A DNA stretch of 64,000 bases from an uncultured Bacilli bacterium (GCA_934086935.1 CAKOIQ010000003.1:5528-69527), one strand, 5' to 3'; positions 29,310 to 40,228 are shown, counted from the first letter of the stretch. Notes: generated from the letters alone by a model not told the origin. Program-made: numbers and translations.

Positions 29310-30839
29310 TTATTTAGTTTCTATTCTGGCAAATAATACTTCTGGAGAGTTTACTTTTACTCCTGGTAATAATTTACCATATGTTAAATCATCGAATGTG
29401 GTAAATTCAGTATTAATTTGTTTTAAAGCTTTTTCAGCAGATGTTGGAATATATGCCTTTAATAATATAGAAGAAATTCTTAATCCTTCTAATAGATTGT
29501 ATAACACTGTTCCTAATCTTTCTTTTTTTGTTTCATCTTTTGCTAGGGTCCATGGTGTTGTATCATCAATGTATTTATTACATTTTGATAGTAAATCCAT
29601 TATTTCAATAATTGCTTCATTTACTTTTAATTCATTCATTTTTCTAGTTACAATTTTTGGTAATTTATTAATTAAATTTATTAAATCTTCATCGATTTTT
29701 TCTGGTTTACTGTTTGGTTGAACTACACCATCAAAATATTTATTTAACATTGAAATTGTTCTATTTAATAGATTACCATAGTTATTTGCTAAATCAGAGT
29801 TGGTTCTTGCAACTAATAATTCTTCAGAAAAGTTACCATCATTTCCAAAAGGAACTTCTCTTAAAGCATAGTATCTTACTGCATCAACTCCATAATCTTC
29901 GATATATTCTCTTGGATCTTTATAGTTTCCTAGTGATTTAGAAATCTTACCTCCATTAATTATTAACCAACCATGGCCAAATACTTTTTTAGGCAGTTCT
30001 AATCCTAGTGCCATTAAAATGCATGGCCAAATAATAGTATGAAATCTGATTATTTCTTTTCCTACTAAGTGTAAATCAGCTGGCCAATATTTTTTGAACT
30101 TGGTATCATCATCACTCATGTATCCTAAAGACGTAATATAGTTAGTTAAAGCATCAATCCAAACATAAATTACATGATTAGGGTCAAAATCTACTGGTAT
30201 ACCCCATTTGAATGAAGTTCTTGAAACACATAAATCTTCTAAACCAGGTTTAATAAAGTTATTAATCATTTCATTTTTTCTAGATGTTGGTTGAATAAAA
30301 TCTGGGTGTTGTTCTAGGAAGTTTTCTAAATTTTGTTGGTATTTTGATAATTTAAAGAAATATGCTTCTTCAGATACCTCTTTTACTTCTCTACCACAGT
30401 CAGGACACATTCCATCTACAAGTTGTGTTTCAGTCCAGAAAGATTCACAAGGAGTACAATATAAGCCTTTGTATTCACTTTTATAGATATCTCCTTGATC
30501 ATATAATTTTTTAAATATTTTTTGAACAGCTGTTTCGTGATTTTTGTCCGTTGTTCTGATGAAATAATCATAACTAATTCCTAAAGATTTCCATAATTCT
30601 TTTGCATTGTCAACTATTTCATCTACATATTGTTTAGGTGTCTTACCCACTTCTTTTGCTTTTAACTCGATTTTTTGACCATGTTCGTCTGTTCCTGTTT
30701 GAAAAAAGACATCGTATCCTTCTAATCTTTTGAATCTTGCTATGGCATCGGCAATTATTGTTGTATAACAATGACCAATATGAAAATTAGCACTTGGATA
30801 ATAAATTGGAGTTGTTAAATAGTATTTTTTCTTTTCCAT
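29310..30839 (-). CDS. metG: methionine--tRNA ligase (short form without C-terminal tRNA-binding domain)
   Basis: TTPIYYPSANFHIGH (HIGH), CPDCGR zinc knuckle and KISKSLGN (KMSKS). Start trimmed to MEKKKYYL (ATG 30839), preceded by AAAGGA. Confidence 0.95.
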   Translation of the reverse strand: MEKKKYYLTTPIYYPSANFHIGHCYTTIIADAIARFKRLEGYDVFFQTGTDEHGQKIELKAKEVGKTPKQYVDEIVDNAKELWKSLGISYDYFIRTTDKNHETAVQKIFKKLYDQGDIYKSEYKGLYCTPCESFWTETQLVDGMCPDCGREVKEVSEEAYFFKLSKYQQNLENFLEQHPDFIQPTSRKNEMINNFIKPGLEDLCVSRTSFKWGIPVDFDPNHVIYVWIDALTNYITSLGYMSDDDTKFKKYWPADLHLVGKEIIRFHTIIWPCILMALGLELPKKVFGHGWLIINGGKISKSLGNYKDPREYIEDYGVDAVRYYALREVPFGNDGNFSEELLVARTNSDLANNYGNLLNRTISMLNKYFDGVVQPNSKPEKIDEDLINLINKLPKIVTRKMNELKVNEAIIEIMDLLSKCNKYIDDTTPWTLAKDETKKERLGTVLYNLLEGLRISSILLKAYIPTSAEKALKQINTEFTTFDDLTYGKLLPGVKVNSPEVLFARIETK

Positions 30840-30869
30840 TTCGTATTCCTTTCTAATAAAAAAATTCAT

Positions 30870-31070
30870 AAACTAAAGGACGACTTATGGCCGTGGTACC
30901 ACCTTAATTCATGAATTTCATGCACTTATATCTTAACGCGATTATTACGTTTGAACTCCGGAACCATGTTCATTATCAATAAATAATTCTCTCTCACCAA
31001 GTAAGAACTCTCTTTGTATTTACTAAATAATTACTCTTTCCTTCTTCGTTCAATATAGTTCATTCTAACA
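30870..31070 (-). promoter_or_regulatory. T-box riboswitch leader (Met) of metG
   Basis: Minus strand contains AGAGAG...GGTGAGAGAG stem-I elements and a candidate AUG specifier (GATAATGAAC, about 30971-30973). The T-box sequence AATTAAGGTGGTACCACGG (30888-30907 region) is present. A terminator helix ending in TTTTTTT lies just before the metG RBS. Confidence 0.8.
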
Positions 31071-31086
31071 TAATATATTGATTTTA

Positions 31087-31500
31087 TCAAGAATAATCAA
31101 AATATGAAGATATTATTCGAGATATTAATTTAAGAAATTTTTGATTTTCAGCGCTATTTTCGATATATATTTTTACTTTTCCAATTTCAATTGAATTCAT
31201 TATTATTTCAGTTTCAATAAAATGATTACTTGGACTTATTGAAATAATCTTTTTATTTCGATCGGTTATTTCTATTCCATACTTATATATTTCATTTATA
31301 TATTCCGCGATTGACTTGATGTAATTGTAGTAATTTTCTAAATATGAATATTTAGATATAAATATTTTTGAATCGTCTGAAGTAATCATTATATTTTCAT
31401 TTTCTTGGATTTTTAACTTGTGTCTTACTTCTTTAGGAATTACTATTCTTCCTAATTCATCTATTTTTCTTATATAATTATTTGTTTTCACATATACCAC
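31087..31500 (-). CDS. spoVT: AbrB/SpoVT-family transition-state/sporulation regulator (SpoVT-like by synteny)
   Basis: The N-terminus IRKIDELGRIVIPKEVRHKLKIQENENI is the swapped-hairpin AbrB/SpoVT DNA-binding domain. The gene lies immediately downstream of mfd as in Bacillus. At 137 aa it is shorter than Bacillus SpoVT. Confidence 0.65.
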   Translation of the reverse strand: MVYVKTNNYIRKIDELGRIVIPKEVRHKLKIQENENIMITSDDSKIFISKYSYLENYYNYIKSIAEYINEIYKYGIEITDRNKKIISISPSNHFIETEIIMNSIEIGKVKIYIENSAENQKFLKLISRIISSYFDYS

Positions 31501-31529
31501 TAAATCTAGTGTGGAAAATAATTTTCTTT

Positions 31530-34500
31530 TTATTCCATATCAGATATGATTTCTTGCAAAAGATCAACTAAATAATAGATGTAATGCTTTTCTAAGTTAA
31601 TTATTGGTAAATTAATGATTATTCTTTTTGCCATGTATTTTAGTTTAAATTTTGGATTAATATTATATAATTTTAAGAATAATTTTTCTCCATTGATTTT
31701 TGAAGATATATCTTCTGGTAAAGAAAACTCTATGTAAGTTTTGGTTTGTATAATATTCTTAATTTTTAATTTAAAAGCTAATTTTTCGAACCATTCTTCG
31801 TACATGTATATTTCAAGTTTATCATTAATTTTACCAAATCTGTCTTCTATTTCAGCTTTAATTTTGGTTAATGTTGTATAGTCTTTTATTGAGTTTATTA
31901 ACTGATGTATTTCTATTCTTACGCTTTCATCAGATACGTATGTTTCATCAATGTGTGTATCGATATCTATAAGTGATGTATCGCTTTCATCTTCTACTTT
32001 AGGAATTCCTTTTATTTCATTTAAAGTTTCTTCAATCATTTTTGTATAAAGTTCTATTCCTACTGAATCAATAAATCCAGCTTGTTCACTACCTAAAAGA
32101 TCACCTGCTCCTCTAATTGATAAATCTCTCATAGCTATTTTATAGCCACTACCTAACTCGGTAAACTCTTTTATAGCATTTAATCTTTTAACAGCTATTT
32201 CATTAAGTATCTTTGAATTGTTGTATGTTAGATATGCATAGGCAATTTTATTAGTTCTTCCAACTCTACCTCTTAATTGGTATAACTGACTCAACCCATA
32301 ATTTTGAGCATCAATTATAATTAATGTATTTACGTTAGATATATCTATTCCAGTTTCTATAATTGTTGTACATACTAAAATATCATATTTTTTATCAATA
32401 AAATCTTCAATTATTTTTTCTAATTCTTGTTTACTCATTTGACCATGGGCATAGCAAATTTTAGCATCTGGTACTAATTTTGATAATTTTGATGTTTCTT
32501 GTTCTATTTTAGAAACATTATTATATAAATAAAATACTTGTCCATTTCTGGATAATTCTTTGTATATTGCTTCCTTAATTAATTCATTATTTTCTTCAAC
32601 AACATAAGTTTGAACTGGGTAACGATCTTCTGGTGCTGTGTCTAATATAGATAGATCTTTTAAACCTGACATCGCCATTTTAAGTGTTCTTGGAATGGGT
32701 GTAGCTGATAATGTTAAAACATTTACGTTTTTACTCATTTCTTTGATTTTTTCTTTTTGAGTTACACCAAATCTCTGCTCTTCATCGACAACTAATAATC
32801 CTAATTTTTTATATTCGATTTTTTCATTAAATAACTTATGAGTTCCAAAGATTAAATCTATTTTACCTTCTTTAAGATCATTTACAATTTTGTTAAATTC
32901 TTTAGTTGTTGTAAATCTATTTGTTATCGCAATATTAATTGGAAAATCTTTAAATCTTTTTAAAGCATTGCTGTATTGCTGTTTTGACAAAATTGTAGTT
33001 GGACATAGATATGCGACTTGGTAACCATTCATTATTGTATTAAATATCGCTCTAAATGCTACTTCGGTTTTACCAAATCCTACATCTCCACATAATAATC
33101 TATCCATTGGTTTATCTGATTTTAGATCATTAAGAATATCATCAATACATCTCAATTGATCACGTGTTTCAGTATATTCAAACTTATCAGCAAAAATTAA
33201 GTCTTCGGGATATTGAATATATTTTGGACTTTTTAGTTTTGAACGTTCTGCATATAATTTTAATAATTCTTCGGAAATATCTTTAATTTTTGATTTAACT
33301 GCTCTTTTTGTTTTTTCCCAAGAAGTAGAATTTAGGTGATTAATTTTAGGCGCGGTACTTCCAGCATCTGAATATTTATATATTGTATTTATTTTTTCTA
33401 CTGGAATATATACTTTATCATTTCCAGCATATTTAATTAAAATATAGTCTTTTTCGAAAGAATTTTTATTTAATGTAATTACTCCTCCATAGATACCAAT
33501 ACCATGGGCTGCATGAACAACATAATCTCCAATTTTAATATCATTAAAATCTTTAATTTTACGGCCAATTTTAACGGGATTATGATATCTTATGCTTGTT
33601 TCATTGTTTGAATCTATATCATAATCTGTGATAACAATATATTTATCAATAATGAATCCTTGGTTTATTCTTTCATTTATAAAATATATTTTATTTGCTT
33701 CATACGTTGTTCCGGTTGAAAAATGAAAAATTTTCTTTAAATATTCTTTTAAATTTTTGTTTTTAATAGCAAACAGTGTAGATTTTTTAGAATCGCGATG
33801 AGAAATAAAAAATTCCAAATTTTCAAAATTTGATTTAAAATTATCTATTGTTTGAGATTTAACATCTAAATAACCAGAAATATTAAATGAAGCTAAATTA
33901 ACTTCGTTTTTAATGTTGAATTCTGACAAGCTATACATATATTTGTAATTAGAATCAATTTCTTTTTCTATTTTATAATTAAAGATTTGTTCTTCTAATT
34001 CTTGATTAGCTTTTTCAATTAATTCAGGATTAATTTTAATAACAGTTGGTTCGTCTAATAGATTGTATAAAGAAGTATTATCGCTTGATAAAATTTCTTT
34101 ATATGGTAAAATTTGAATGTTTGTAATTTCTTTGATTGTAAGCTGACTTTCGGCATCAAATTCTTTTATTTTTTCGATATCATTGCCAAATAATTCAATT
34201 CTGATTGGATTTTCACAATTATATGGAAATAAATCAATAACAAATCCTCTTACAGAATATTCACCTGATGAGGTTACAATAGATGTTTTTGTATAACCGA
34301 ATTGATAAAGTAATTCTTCTAAATTTTCTCTATTTATAGTTGTATTAGATTTTAAATCTATCTTTAATTTATCGATACTTTTGGAATTAGGTACAAAACG
34401 TAAAAAACCAGTTAAATTGGCAATAATTATTTTTTGCCCTGGTTCATTTATTTTATTTAAGGTTTCTAAACGTTTAATCTTTAAATCTGGAGATACAGCA

Positions 34501-34730
34501 ATAGCAACAGATGTTAAAAATTCATCCATTGGAAAAAGGAAGACATTATCTTTATATGTCTTCAAATTATTATAATATTTAGTGGCTTCAAAAAGAGAAC
34601 TTGTTAAAACAACTATGTTATTATTAGATTTATTGCTTAAATAATTTATATATAGTGTCTTTAATTCATCAGTTAATCCACTAATATTATTTGTTTTAAA
34701 TTGATCAAAAATGTTTGATAAAAATTTCAT
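31530..34730 (-). CDS. mfd: transcription-repair coupling factor Mfd
   Basis: 1066 aa with a UvrB-homology N-terminal region and a CarD-like RNAP-interacting domain (GDYVVHAAHGIG). Superfamily-2 helicase motifs GDVGFGKTEVA, DEEQRFGV, LSATPIPRT and QLRGRVGR are present. Confidence 0.95.
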   Translation of the reverse strand: MKFLSNIFDQFKTNNISGLTDELKTLYINYLSNKSNNNIVVLTSSLFEATKYYNNLKTYKDNVFLFPMDEFLTSVAIAVSPDLKIKRLETLNKINEPGQKIIIANLTGFLRFVPNSKSIDKLKIDLKSNTTINRENLEELLYQFGYTKTSIVTSSGEYSVRGFVIDLFPYNCENPIRIELFGNDIEKIKEFDAESQLTIKEITNIQILPYKEILSSDNTSLYNLLDEPTVIKINPELIEKANQELEEQIFNYKIEKEIDSNYKYMYSLSEFNIKNEVNLASFNISGYLDVKSQTIDNFKSNFENLEFFISHRDSKKSTLFAIKNKNLKEYLKKIFHFSTGTTYEANKIYFINERINQGFIIDKYIVITDYDIDSNNETSIRYHNPVKIGRKIKDFNDIKIGDYVVHAAHGIGIYGGVITLNKNSFEKDYILIKYAGNDKVYIPVEKINTIYKYSDAGSTAPKINHLNSTSWEKTKRAVKSKIKDISEELLKLYAERSKLKSPKYIQYPEDLIFADKFEYTETRDQLRCIDDILNDLKSDKPMDRLLCGDVGFGKTEVAFRAIFNTIMNGYQVAYLCPTTILSKQQYSNALKRFKDFPINIAITNRFTTTKEFNKIVNDLKEGKIDLIFGTHKLFNEKIEYKKLGLLVVDEEQRFGVTQKEKIKEMSKNVNVLTLSATPIPRTLKMAMSGLKDLSILDTAPEDRYPVQTYVVEENNELIKEAIYKELSRNGQVFYLYNNVSKIEQETSKLSKLVPDAKICYAHGQMSKQELEKIIEDFIDKKYDILVCTTIIETGIDISNVNTLIIIDAQNYGLSQLYQLRGRVGRTNKIAYAYLTYNNSKILNEIAVKRLNAIKEFTELGSGYKIAMRDLSIRGAGDLLGSEQAGFIDSVGIELYTKMIEETLNEIKGIPKVEDESDTSLIDIDTHIDETYVSDESVRIEIHQLINSIKDYTTLTKIKAEIEDRFGKINDKLEIYMYEEWFEKLAFKLKIKNIIQTKTYIEFSLPEDISSKINGEKLFLKLYNINPKFKLKYMAKRIIINLPIINLEKHYIYYLVDLLQEIISDME

Positions 34731-34731
34731 T

Positions 34732-35289
34732 TTAATTATACCTATTCATTAATATTTCTATTTTAGTATTATTTATAAAGTCAGTAATTATTTGATTATA
34801 CATATTCATATTATTTTTTAATATTTCTAAATCTGATTTAGGAAATTTACCAAGTACAAATTCTATTGTGTCATTTGTAGGTTTAGAAATACCAATTTTC
34901 AATCTCAAGAATTCATCTGTTTTGATATTTTTAATAATATCTTTAATACCATTATGACCACCGGCAGAACTTTTAAGTTTTAATCTTACTTTACCAATAT
35001 CTAAATCCATATCATCTTGAATAACTAATAAATCTTTTTTGTCTATTTTATAATAATTTAGATAGTATTGGACAGCTTGACCAGATAAATTCATATAAGT
35101 TGTTGGTTTAATAAATAATACGTTTTCATTATTAATTGTCTGTTTTAATACATATGCTAATGATTCTTTTTTCCAATTATCACTATTTACAAAGTTATCT
35201 ATAATCATATAACCAATGTTGTGTCTTGTATTTTCATATTCTTTTCCAGGATTACCTAATCCAACTATTAATTTCATATTACTATTCAC
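34732..35289 (-). CDS. pth: peptidyl-tRNA hydrolase
   Basis: KLIVGLGNPG..Y..TRHN.G ... NLSG.AV ... HNG motifs. Confidence 0.95.
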   Translation of the reverse strand: MNSNMKLIVGLGNPGKEYENTRHNIGYMIIDNFVNSDNWKKESLAYVLKQTINNENVLFIKPTTYMNLSGQAVQYYLNYYKIDKKDLLVIQDDMDLDIGKVRLKLKSSAGGHNGIKDIIKNIKTDEFLRLKIGISKPTNDTIEFVLGKFPKSDLEILKNNMNMYNQIITDFINNTKIEILMNRYN

Positions 35290-35968
35290 CTCTGTAATTT
35301 TTTGTTAATAATGGTGGTAAGATTTTTAAATCATCTTTACCATTTTTCATTGCTTCTACTAATATTATAGAACAATTTTTATCAAAGTCATCATAAGCAC
35401 ATTCAATTCTTTTAATTCCAAAATTATATTTTTTTAAATAATTCACTAATTCTATGAATCGATCAGGTCGATAAACTATGTTTAATTTTCCTTTTGATTT
35501 CAATAATTTTGAAGAAATTTTAATTATTTCTTCTAAGGTAATTTTAATTTCGTGTCTTGCAATTGATTTAATAATATTATCATTTATATTCGATGTCTCA
35601 TTATATTTAAAATATGGAGGATTACAAGTTATAATGTCAAAAGTTGATGGAGAAAAATAATTTTGCCAATTTTTAATATCATCGTTTATTAAAGAAATAT
35701 TTGTTATATTATTTATATTTATGGATTCTTTAGCTAGATTGTATACTTCATTTTGAATTTCAATACAAGAAATTGATGAAATATTTTTTGATAAAATAAT
35801 TGGTAACGGAGCATTGCCCGTACATAAATCTAATAATTTTTTATCAGTATAGTTTATATTTACAAAATCTGCTAATAAAATTGAGTCTAAAGAAAACTTA
35901 AAAAAAGATGGATTTTGTACAATTTTATATCCATAATCTAATAAATCATTAACAACATTCGGTTCCAT
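35282..35968 (-). CDS. tRNA1(Val) (adenine37-N6)-methyltransferase-like SAM methyltransferase (YabB/TrmN6 family)
   Basis: SAM motif LLDLCTGNAP and catalytic ITCNPPYF. Occupies the Bacillus yabB position after yaaT. Confidence 0.75.
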   Translation of the reverse strand: MEPNVVNDLLDYGYKIVQNPSFFKFSLDSILLADFVNINYTDKKLLDLCTGNAPLPIILSKNISSISCIEIQNEVYNLAKESININNITNISLINDDIKNWQNYFSPSTFDIITCNPPYFKYNETSNINDNIIKSIARHEIKITLEEIIKISSKLLKSKGKLNIVYRPDRFIELVNYLKKYNFGIKRIECAYDDFDKNCSIILVEAMKNGKDDLKILPPLLTKNYRGE

Positions 35969-36728
35969 CTTGATTAAATTCCTTTAATTCATCGTCGACT
36001 TGTAAAGTGTATGTTCCTTTTAAAATGTTTAATGAAACAACTTTATATGTTTTACCATTATATTCTTTTTGTGAACCAACTGATGGTAATTTTTTCTTGC
36101 AACAACTATAGGTTTCGTCTTCATAAGAAAGACAGCAAAGTAATCTTCCACATGAGCCATTTATTTTTGATGGATTAAGTGCGATATTTTGATTTTTTGC
36201 CATATTTATTGTTATTGTTTCTAATTTATTTAAAAATAAATTGCAACATAATGGTCTTCCACATGGGCCAAGTCCACCAATTTCTTTTGCTTTATCCCTT
36301 ACACCAATTTGATGAAGATCAATCCTTGCTTTGTACTTTGCAGCTAATAATTTAACTAATTCTCTAAAATCAATTCTTTCATCCGCTATAAAATTGATTA
36401 TTAATTGTTTGTGATCAAATGTAAATGATGCTTCAACAAATTGCATTTCTAAATTAAGTGAGTCAGACATTTTTTTTGCTTCTACCAATACTTCTTTGGC
36501 TTCTTTTAAAGATTTAAGATATTTTTTATAATCTTCGTTACTAGCTTTACGAAGAATATTTTTTTGGGGTGTTTCTTTACTTTCAGGTTCAATAAAAGCT
36601 ACTTTACCATATTGTTCTCCCTTTTCGGTTTCAACAATTACATAATCGTTTAAATTTATTTCAACATTATTTTTGTTAAAATAATAACTTTTACCATTTT
36701 CTTTAAATATAATTCCACATACTTCCAT
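35949..36728 (-). CDS. ricT: PSP1-domain stage 0 sporulation / RNase Y-complex protein RicT (YaaT)
   Basis: 259 aa. Cys cluster GPCGRPLCC...NGSCGRLLCCLSYE is typical of YaaT/PSP1, and holB-yaaT synteny fits. Confidence 0.85.
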   Translation of the reverse strand: MEVCGIIFKENGKSYYFNKNNVEINLNDYVIVETEKGEQYGKVAFIEPESKETPQKNILRKASNEDYKKYLKSLKEAKEVLVEAKKMSDSLNLEMQFVEASFTFDHKQLIINFIADERIDFRELVKLLAAKYKARIDLHQIGVRDKAKEIGGLGPCGRPLCCNLFLNKLETITINMAKNQNIALNPSKINGSCGRLLCCLSYEDETYSCCKKKLPSVGSQKEYNGKTYKVVSLNILKGTYTLQVDDELKEFNQDGTECC

Positions 36729-36730
36729 GT

Positions 36731-37459
36731 CTATTTCCTCATTTCTATAATCAATTTATCTATGCACATTTCAACATTTGTATTTGCATTTAATTTATTA
36801 ATTGTATCGTCTATTAATTTATAATGTTTAGTAATTAAAAAGTAATTACTTTGATTTATATTTTTATCTAAAACTGTTTTTATTTCAGATAATTTATTTA
36901 CTAGTTCAATTTTATCATATTTTAAAAAGTTTTGTTTTAATAAAATTGCCGTGTAATTATCACAATTTTGTAATTTATAAAATGTGTCTATTAAATCATT
37001 GACTTCAGCTTGTAATGATGTTTCATAAATATTTTCAAACAATTCGCAACGACTTTTTATTGTATCCATAATTGAATTTATGCTATCAGTGATTAAAAAT
37101 CCAATAACGTTGCTTGAAGGTTCTTCCAAAATCTTTAATAATTTATTTGCTGAAACTTGATTCATTTTTTCAGCATTGATGATGAAATATATTTTGTATG
37201 TATAATTAATAATTTTTGTAATTATAAAATTTTGAATATTTAAAATTTTGTTTTTATCGATATTATTATTTTCAGGTCTAACTACAAGCGTTGATAAATT
37301 GTTTTCCAATGAGGATGACGCTATTGTTTGAGTTTCTTTAAAAATTTCATATATATCATTCATTGTCTGTTCGCAATTATTTGTTTCAATCAAAAAAGCA
37401 TGAGAAAGATTTTTCTCATTTATTCCAGATAATATAAATTGTTTTAATTTTTCATTCAT
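36731..37459 (-). CDS. holB: DNA polymerase III delta-prime subunit, short and divergent
   Basis: 242 aa. LSHAFLIE... and ANKLLKILEEPSSNVIGFLIT (sensor-1 region), with synteny between recR/bofA and yaaT. There is no P-loop (TNNCEQ replaces GxxGxGK). Confidence 0.6.
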   Translation of the reverse strand: MNEKLKQFILSGINEKNLSHAFLIETNNCEQTMNDIYEIFKETQTIASSSLENNLSTLVVRPENNNIDKNKILNIQNFIITKIINYTYKIYFIINAEKMNQVSANKLLKILEEPSSNVIGFLITDSINSIMDTIKSRCELFENIYETSLQAEVNDLIDTFYKLQNCDNYTAILLKQNFLKYDKIELVNKLSEIKTVLDKNINQSNYFLITKHYKLIDDTINKLNANTNVEMCIDKLIIEMRK

Positions 37460-37469
37460 ATTTGCCTCT

Positions 37470-37661
37470 TCATAATAAGAAGAAGAAAGACAATGCTAAT
37501 AATATTAGACCTGGGAATCCTAATAAAGTTACAATAATAACTGTATAATAATTTATTGGAACAAATATATTAAAACCTTTTAATAATAAATCGAGACCAT
37601 AAATTATTAAAAATGCAAATGTTACTCTTTTTATTAACCATAATATAATTTTTTTTATCAT
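37470..37661 (-). CDS. bofA: BofA-family pro-sigma-K processing inhibitor
   Basis: 63 aa with two TM helices. NIFVPINYYTVIIVTLLGFPGLILLAL parallels B. subtilis BofA GIHVPINLVTTAISGILGIPGIAAL (from memory). recR-bofA synteny fits. Confidence 0.65.
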   Translation of the reverse strand: MIKKIILWLIKRVTFAFLIIYGLDLLLKGFNIFVPINYYTVIIVTLLGFPGLILLALSFFFLL

Positions 37662-37688
37662 AGTAAATTATATTATCTAATAATTATT

Positions 37689-38294
37689 TTATGCAATATT
37701 CTTTCTATCTTCAAATGCTCTTTCAAGTGTTAGGGAATCAAGATAATCCAATTCTGTTCCTACTGGTAATCCATATGATAATCTAGATACTTTTACACTT
37801 GTTTTATCTTCTAATACTTTTTTAATATATTGTGTTGTTGTTTCACCTTCAATAGTTGGTTTTAATGCTATAACCAATTCTATCTGATCATCTGAATTTT
37901 TACATCTTTTAATTAATGATGGAATATTAATATCATTTGGAGATATTCCATCAATTGGGGAAATTAAACCGTTTAATACATGGTATACACCATTATATTT
38001 ACCCATTTTTTCAAAAGCAAATATACTTTTATAATCTTCGACAATACAGATTAAATTTTTATTTCTATAATCATTATCACAAATATTGCAAATCTTTTCT
38101 GATGTTAAGTTGCCACATATTTCACATTGATGAAGATTTTTCTTTGCTGATATCATTGTGTTTGAAAATAAATTTATATCTTCTTCTGAATAATCTAGTA
38201 ATGATAAAGCAAGTCTTTCAGCGGTTTTTTCGCCGATTCCAGGTAGTTTTTTAAAATATTCTATTAATTCTTCTAATAATTTTGGGTATATCAT
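37689..38294 (-). CDS. recR: recombination protein RecR
   Basis: LPGIG.K.A.R.A helix-hairpin-helix, C4 zinc finger (CEICGN...CNIC) and Toprim domain. Confidence 0.95.
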   Translation of the reverse strand: MIYPKLLEELIEYFKKLPGIGEKTAERLALSLLDYSEEDINLFSNTMISAKKNLHQCEICGNLTSEKICNICDNDYRNKNLICIVEDYKSIFAFEKMGKYNGVYHVLNGLISPIDGISPNDINIPSLIKRCKNSDDQIELVIALKPTIEGETTTQYIKKVLEDKTSVKVSRLSYGLPVGTELDYLDSLTLERAFEDRKNIA

Positions 38295-38295
38295 A

Positions 38296-38595
38296 CTACA
38301 TCAAACCATTTAAGCCTTTAGCAAATGCACCTAATTTTGCTTCAGTTTCAGCGTTAATTTTCTTGTGGGCATCATTAAAAGCAATTTTTATCATGTCTTC
38401 AAGAGCGTCAAAATCATCAGCATCTTTAATAACATCACGATTTATTTCTAATTTAACAATGTCTTTTTTTCCATTCAATACTACAGTAAATCCTTCAGAT
38501 TTTCCTTCAAATTCTGTATTATTAATTTCTTCTTGTTTTTTTTGGATGTCACGTTGCATTCTTTGTGCTTGTGCCATTAAATTTTGCATATTCAT
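38296..38595 (-). CDS. ybaB: YbaB/EbfC nucleoid-associated protein
   Basis: 99 aa. MQ.LM.QAQ+MQ... pattern and dnaX-ybaB-recR synteny. Confidence 0.9.
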   Translation of the reverse strand: MNMQNLMAQAQRMQRDIQKKQEEINNTEFEGKSEGFTVVLNGKKDIVKLEINRDVIKDADDFDALEDMIKIAFNDAHKKINAETEAKLGAFAKGLNGLM

Positions 38596-38608
38596 ATTTC
38601 ATTCTCCT

Positions 38609-40228
38609 TTAATTAACTTCTATTATATCATTTTCAAATATATCAAAAGCTTCATTTATACTATTATGATTATTTATAATTGTTTCTTCATCAATATATT
38701 TATATTCTTTTGAATTTTTGTTTTTTATATAATTTAATTTTTCTTTATTCCATTTTTCTTGATCTAAACAAATAAATTTATATTTACTTTTATTTTTTTT
38801 ATTAAATTCTTTTTCAATTTCATGAAGATTTTCGTTAAAAATTATTGTTCCAGATTTTGATGGATTTGAAAAAATAACGTTTTTAGAAGAGACAACTTCA
38901 ATAGATGCATCTTCTATAATTGATAATAATTCAATTTTATTCTCAAGTTCAATTATATTTTTAAAATCATCCCATTTTTTTAAAAATTCTTGTTTTGATT
39001 CTTTACTAGCTTCTGCAAAAGCATTATTAATTCTGATTGTTTGTAAATTTAACAAATCTGTTATTTTTTCGGGCTCTGATTCATTTTTTTTATTTTCATC
39101 ATTATGTTGATTTTTTTCTTCTAGTTTTATTATTGGTAACTCTTTTTTTATTATTTCTTGAGTTGGTTGATTATTGTTACTATCAATTAATGGTTGTGAC
39201 AAAGGTTCAGTTGTATTTTTATTTGGAAAGTAACTTAATAAAATGATTTTTATTAAAATCAAACCGTCTTTTTTGTTATAACAATTAACAATTTCATTTG
39301 CTAATTTTTTTAAATTTTCTAGAGAAATAAAGGAATGATTTCCATTTTTTATTTTTATCTCTTCTAAATAAATTTGATTTAAAATTTTATTAATTAGAAT
39401 ATTCGTATCTAATCCTCTGTTTAAATAGTCATTAAAATAATTATTAAATTCTGCTATTTTATTTTCATTTAATAACTCAAAAATATGTGAAATGTCTTGT
39501 AAACTAATAACTCCAAATGTCTGTTGGATTAAATCAACTGTTATTTTTTGTTTTTCTTTTGATAGCTGATCTAATACACTTAAGGCATCTCTCATTCCAC
39601 CATCTGCTAATTCTGCTATGTATTTAAGGGCATCTTCTTCTATTTCTATATTTTCTTCTTTTGATATTTTTTCTAAATTTTGATAAATAACTTGGGTATT
39701 AATTCGTTGAAAATTAAATCTTTGACATCTAGATAATATTGTAATTGGCACTTTTTGTATTTCTGTAGTAGCCAATATAAATATAACATGCTTTGGAGGT
39801 TCTTCTAATATCTTTAAAAATGCATTCCAAGCACTTTGTGATAGCATGTGTACCTCATCTATTATATATATTTTATATTTACTAAATGTTGGTAGTATTT
39901 TAGCATTATTTCTTAATTCTCTTATTTCGTCAACACCATTGTTTGATGCGGCATCTATTTCTATAATATCTGCTGATTGTTCATAATTATTACAAGCTGG
40001 ACAATTGTTACATGGAATACCATCAATGGGAGTTTCACAATTAATTGTCTTTGCGAATAGCTTAGCGGTACTGGTTTTTCCTGTTCCACGTGGGCCTGAA
40101 AATAAATATGCATGAGCTATTTGATTGTTTTTTATTGATTCAATTAGTAGTTTTTTTATGTTATCTTGACCATATAAACTATTAAAATCTTGTGGTCTAT
40201 ATTTTCTATAAAGTACTTTATATGCCAT
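38609..40228 (-). CDS. dnaX: DNA polymerase III gamma/tau subunit
   Basis: YRKYRPQ.F, GPRGTGKTS (Walker A), zinc module CNNCPAC, IIDEVHML (Walker B) and SRCQRF (sensor). Confidence 0.95.
   Translation of the reverse strand: MAYKVLYRKYRPQDFNSLYGQDNIKKLLIESIKNNQIAHAYLFSGPRGTGKTSTAKLFAKTINCETPIDGIPCNNCPACNNYEQSADIIEIDAASNNGVDEIRELRNNAKILPTFSKYKIYIIDEVHMLSQSAWNAFLKILEEPPKHVIFILATTEIQKVPITILSRCQRFNFQRINTQVIYQNLEKISKEENIEIEEDALKYIAELADGGMRDALSVLDQLSKEKQKITVDLIQQTFGVISLQDISHIFELLNENKIAEFNNYFNDYLNRGLDTNILINKILNQIYLEEIKIKNGNHSFISLENLKKLANEIVNCYNKKDGLILIKIILLSYFPNKNTTEPLSQPLIDSNNNQPTQEIIKKELPIIKLEEKNQHNDENKKNESEPEKITDLLNLQTIRINNAFAEASKESKQEFLKKWDDFKNIIELENKIELLSIIEDASIEVVSSKNVIFSNPSKSGTIIFNENLHEIEKEFNKKNKSKYKFICLDQEKWNKEKLNYIKNKNSKEYKYIDEETIINNHNSINEAFDIFENDIIEVN

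Noticed and set aside
31511-31519. An isolated TGTGGAAAA DnaA-box-like 9-mer between mfd and the spoVT-like gene.
   Set aside because: It is a single 8/9 match with no cluster, as chance would produce.
40082-40097. TGTTCCACGTGGGCCT inside dnaX, whose left half is identical to a parS half-site.
   Set aside because: The right half does not match. The sequence is dictated by the Walker-A codons (GPRGTG) on the other strand.
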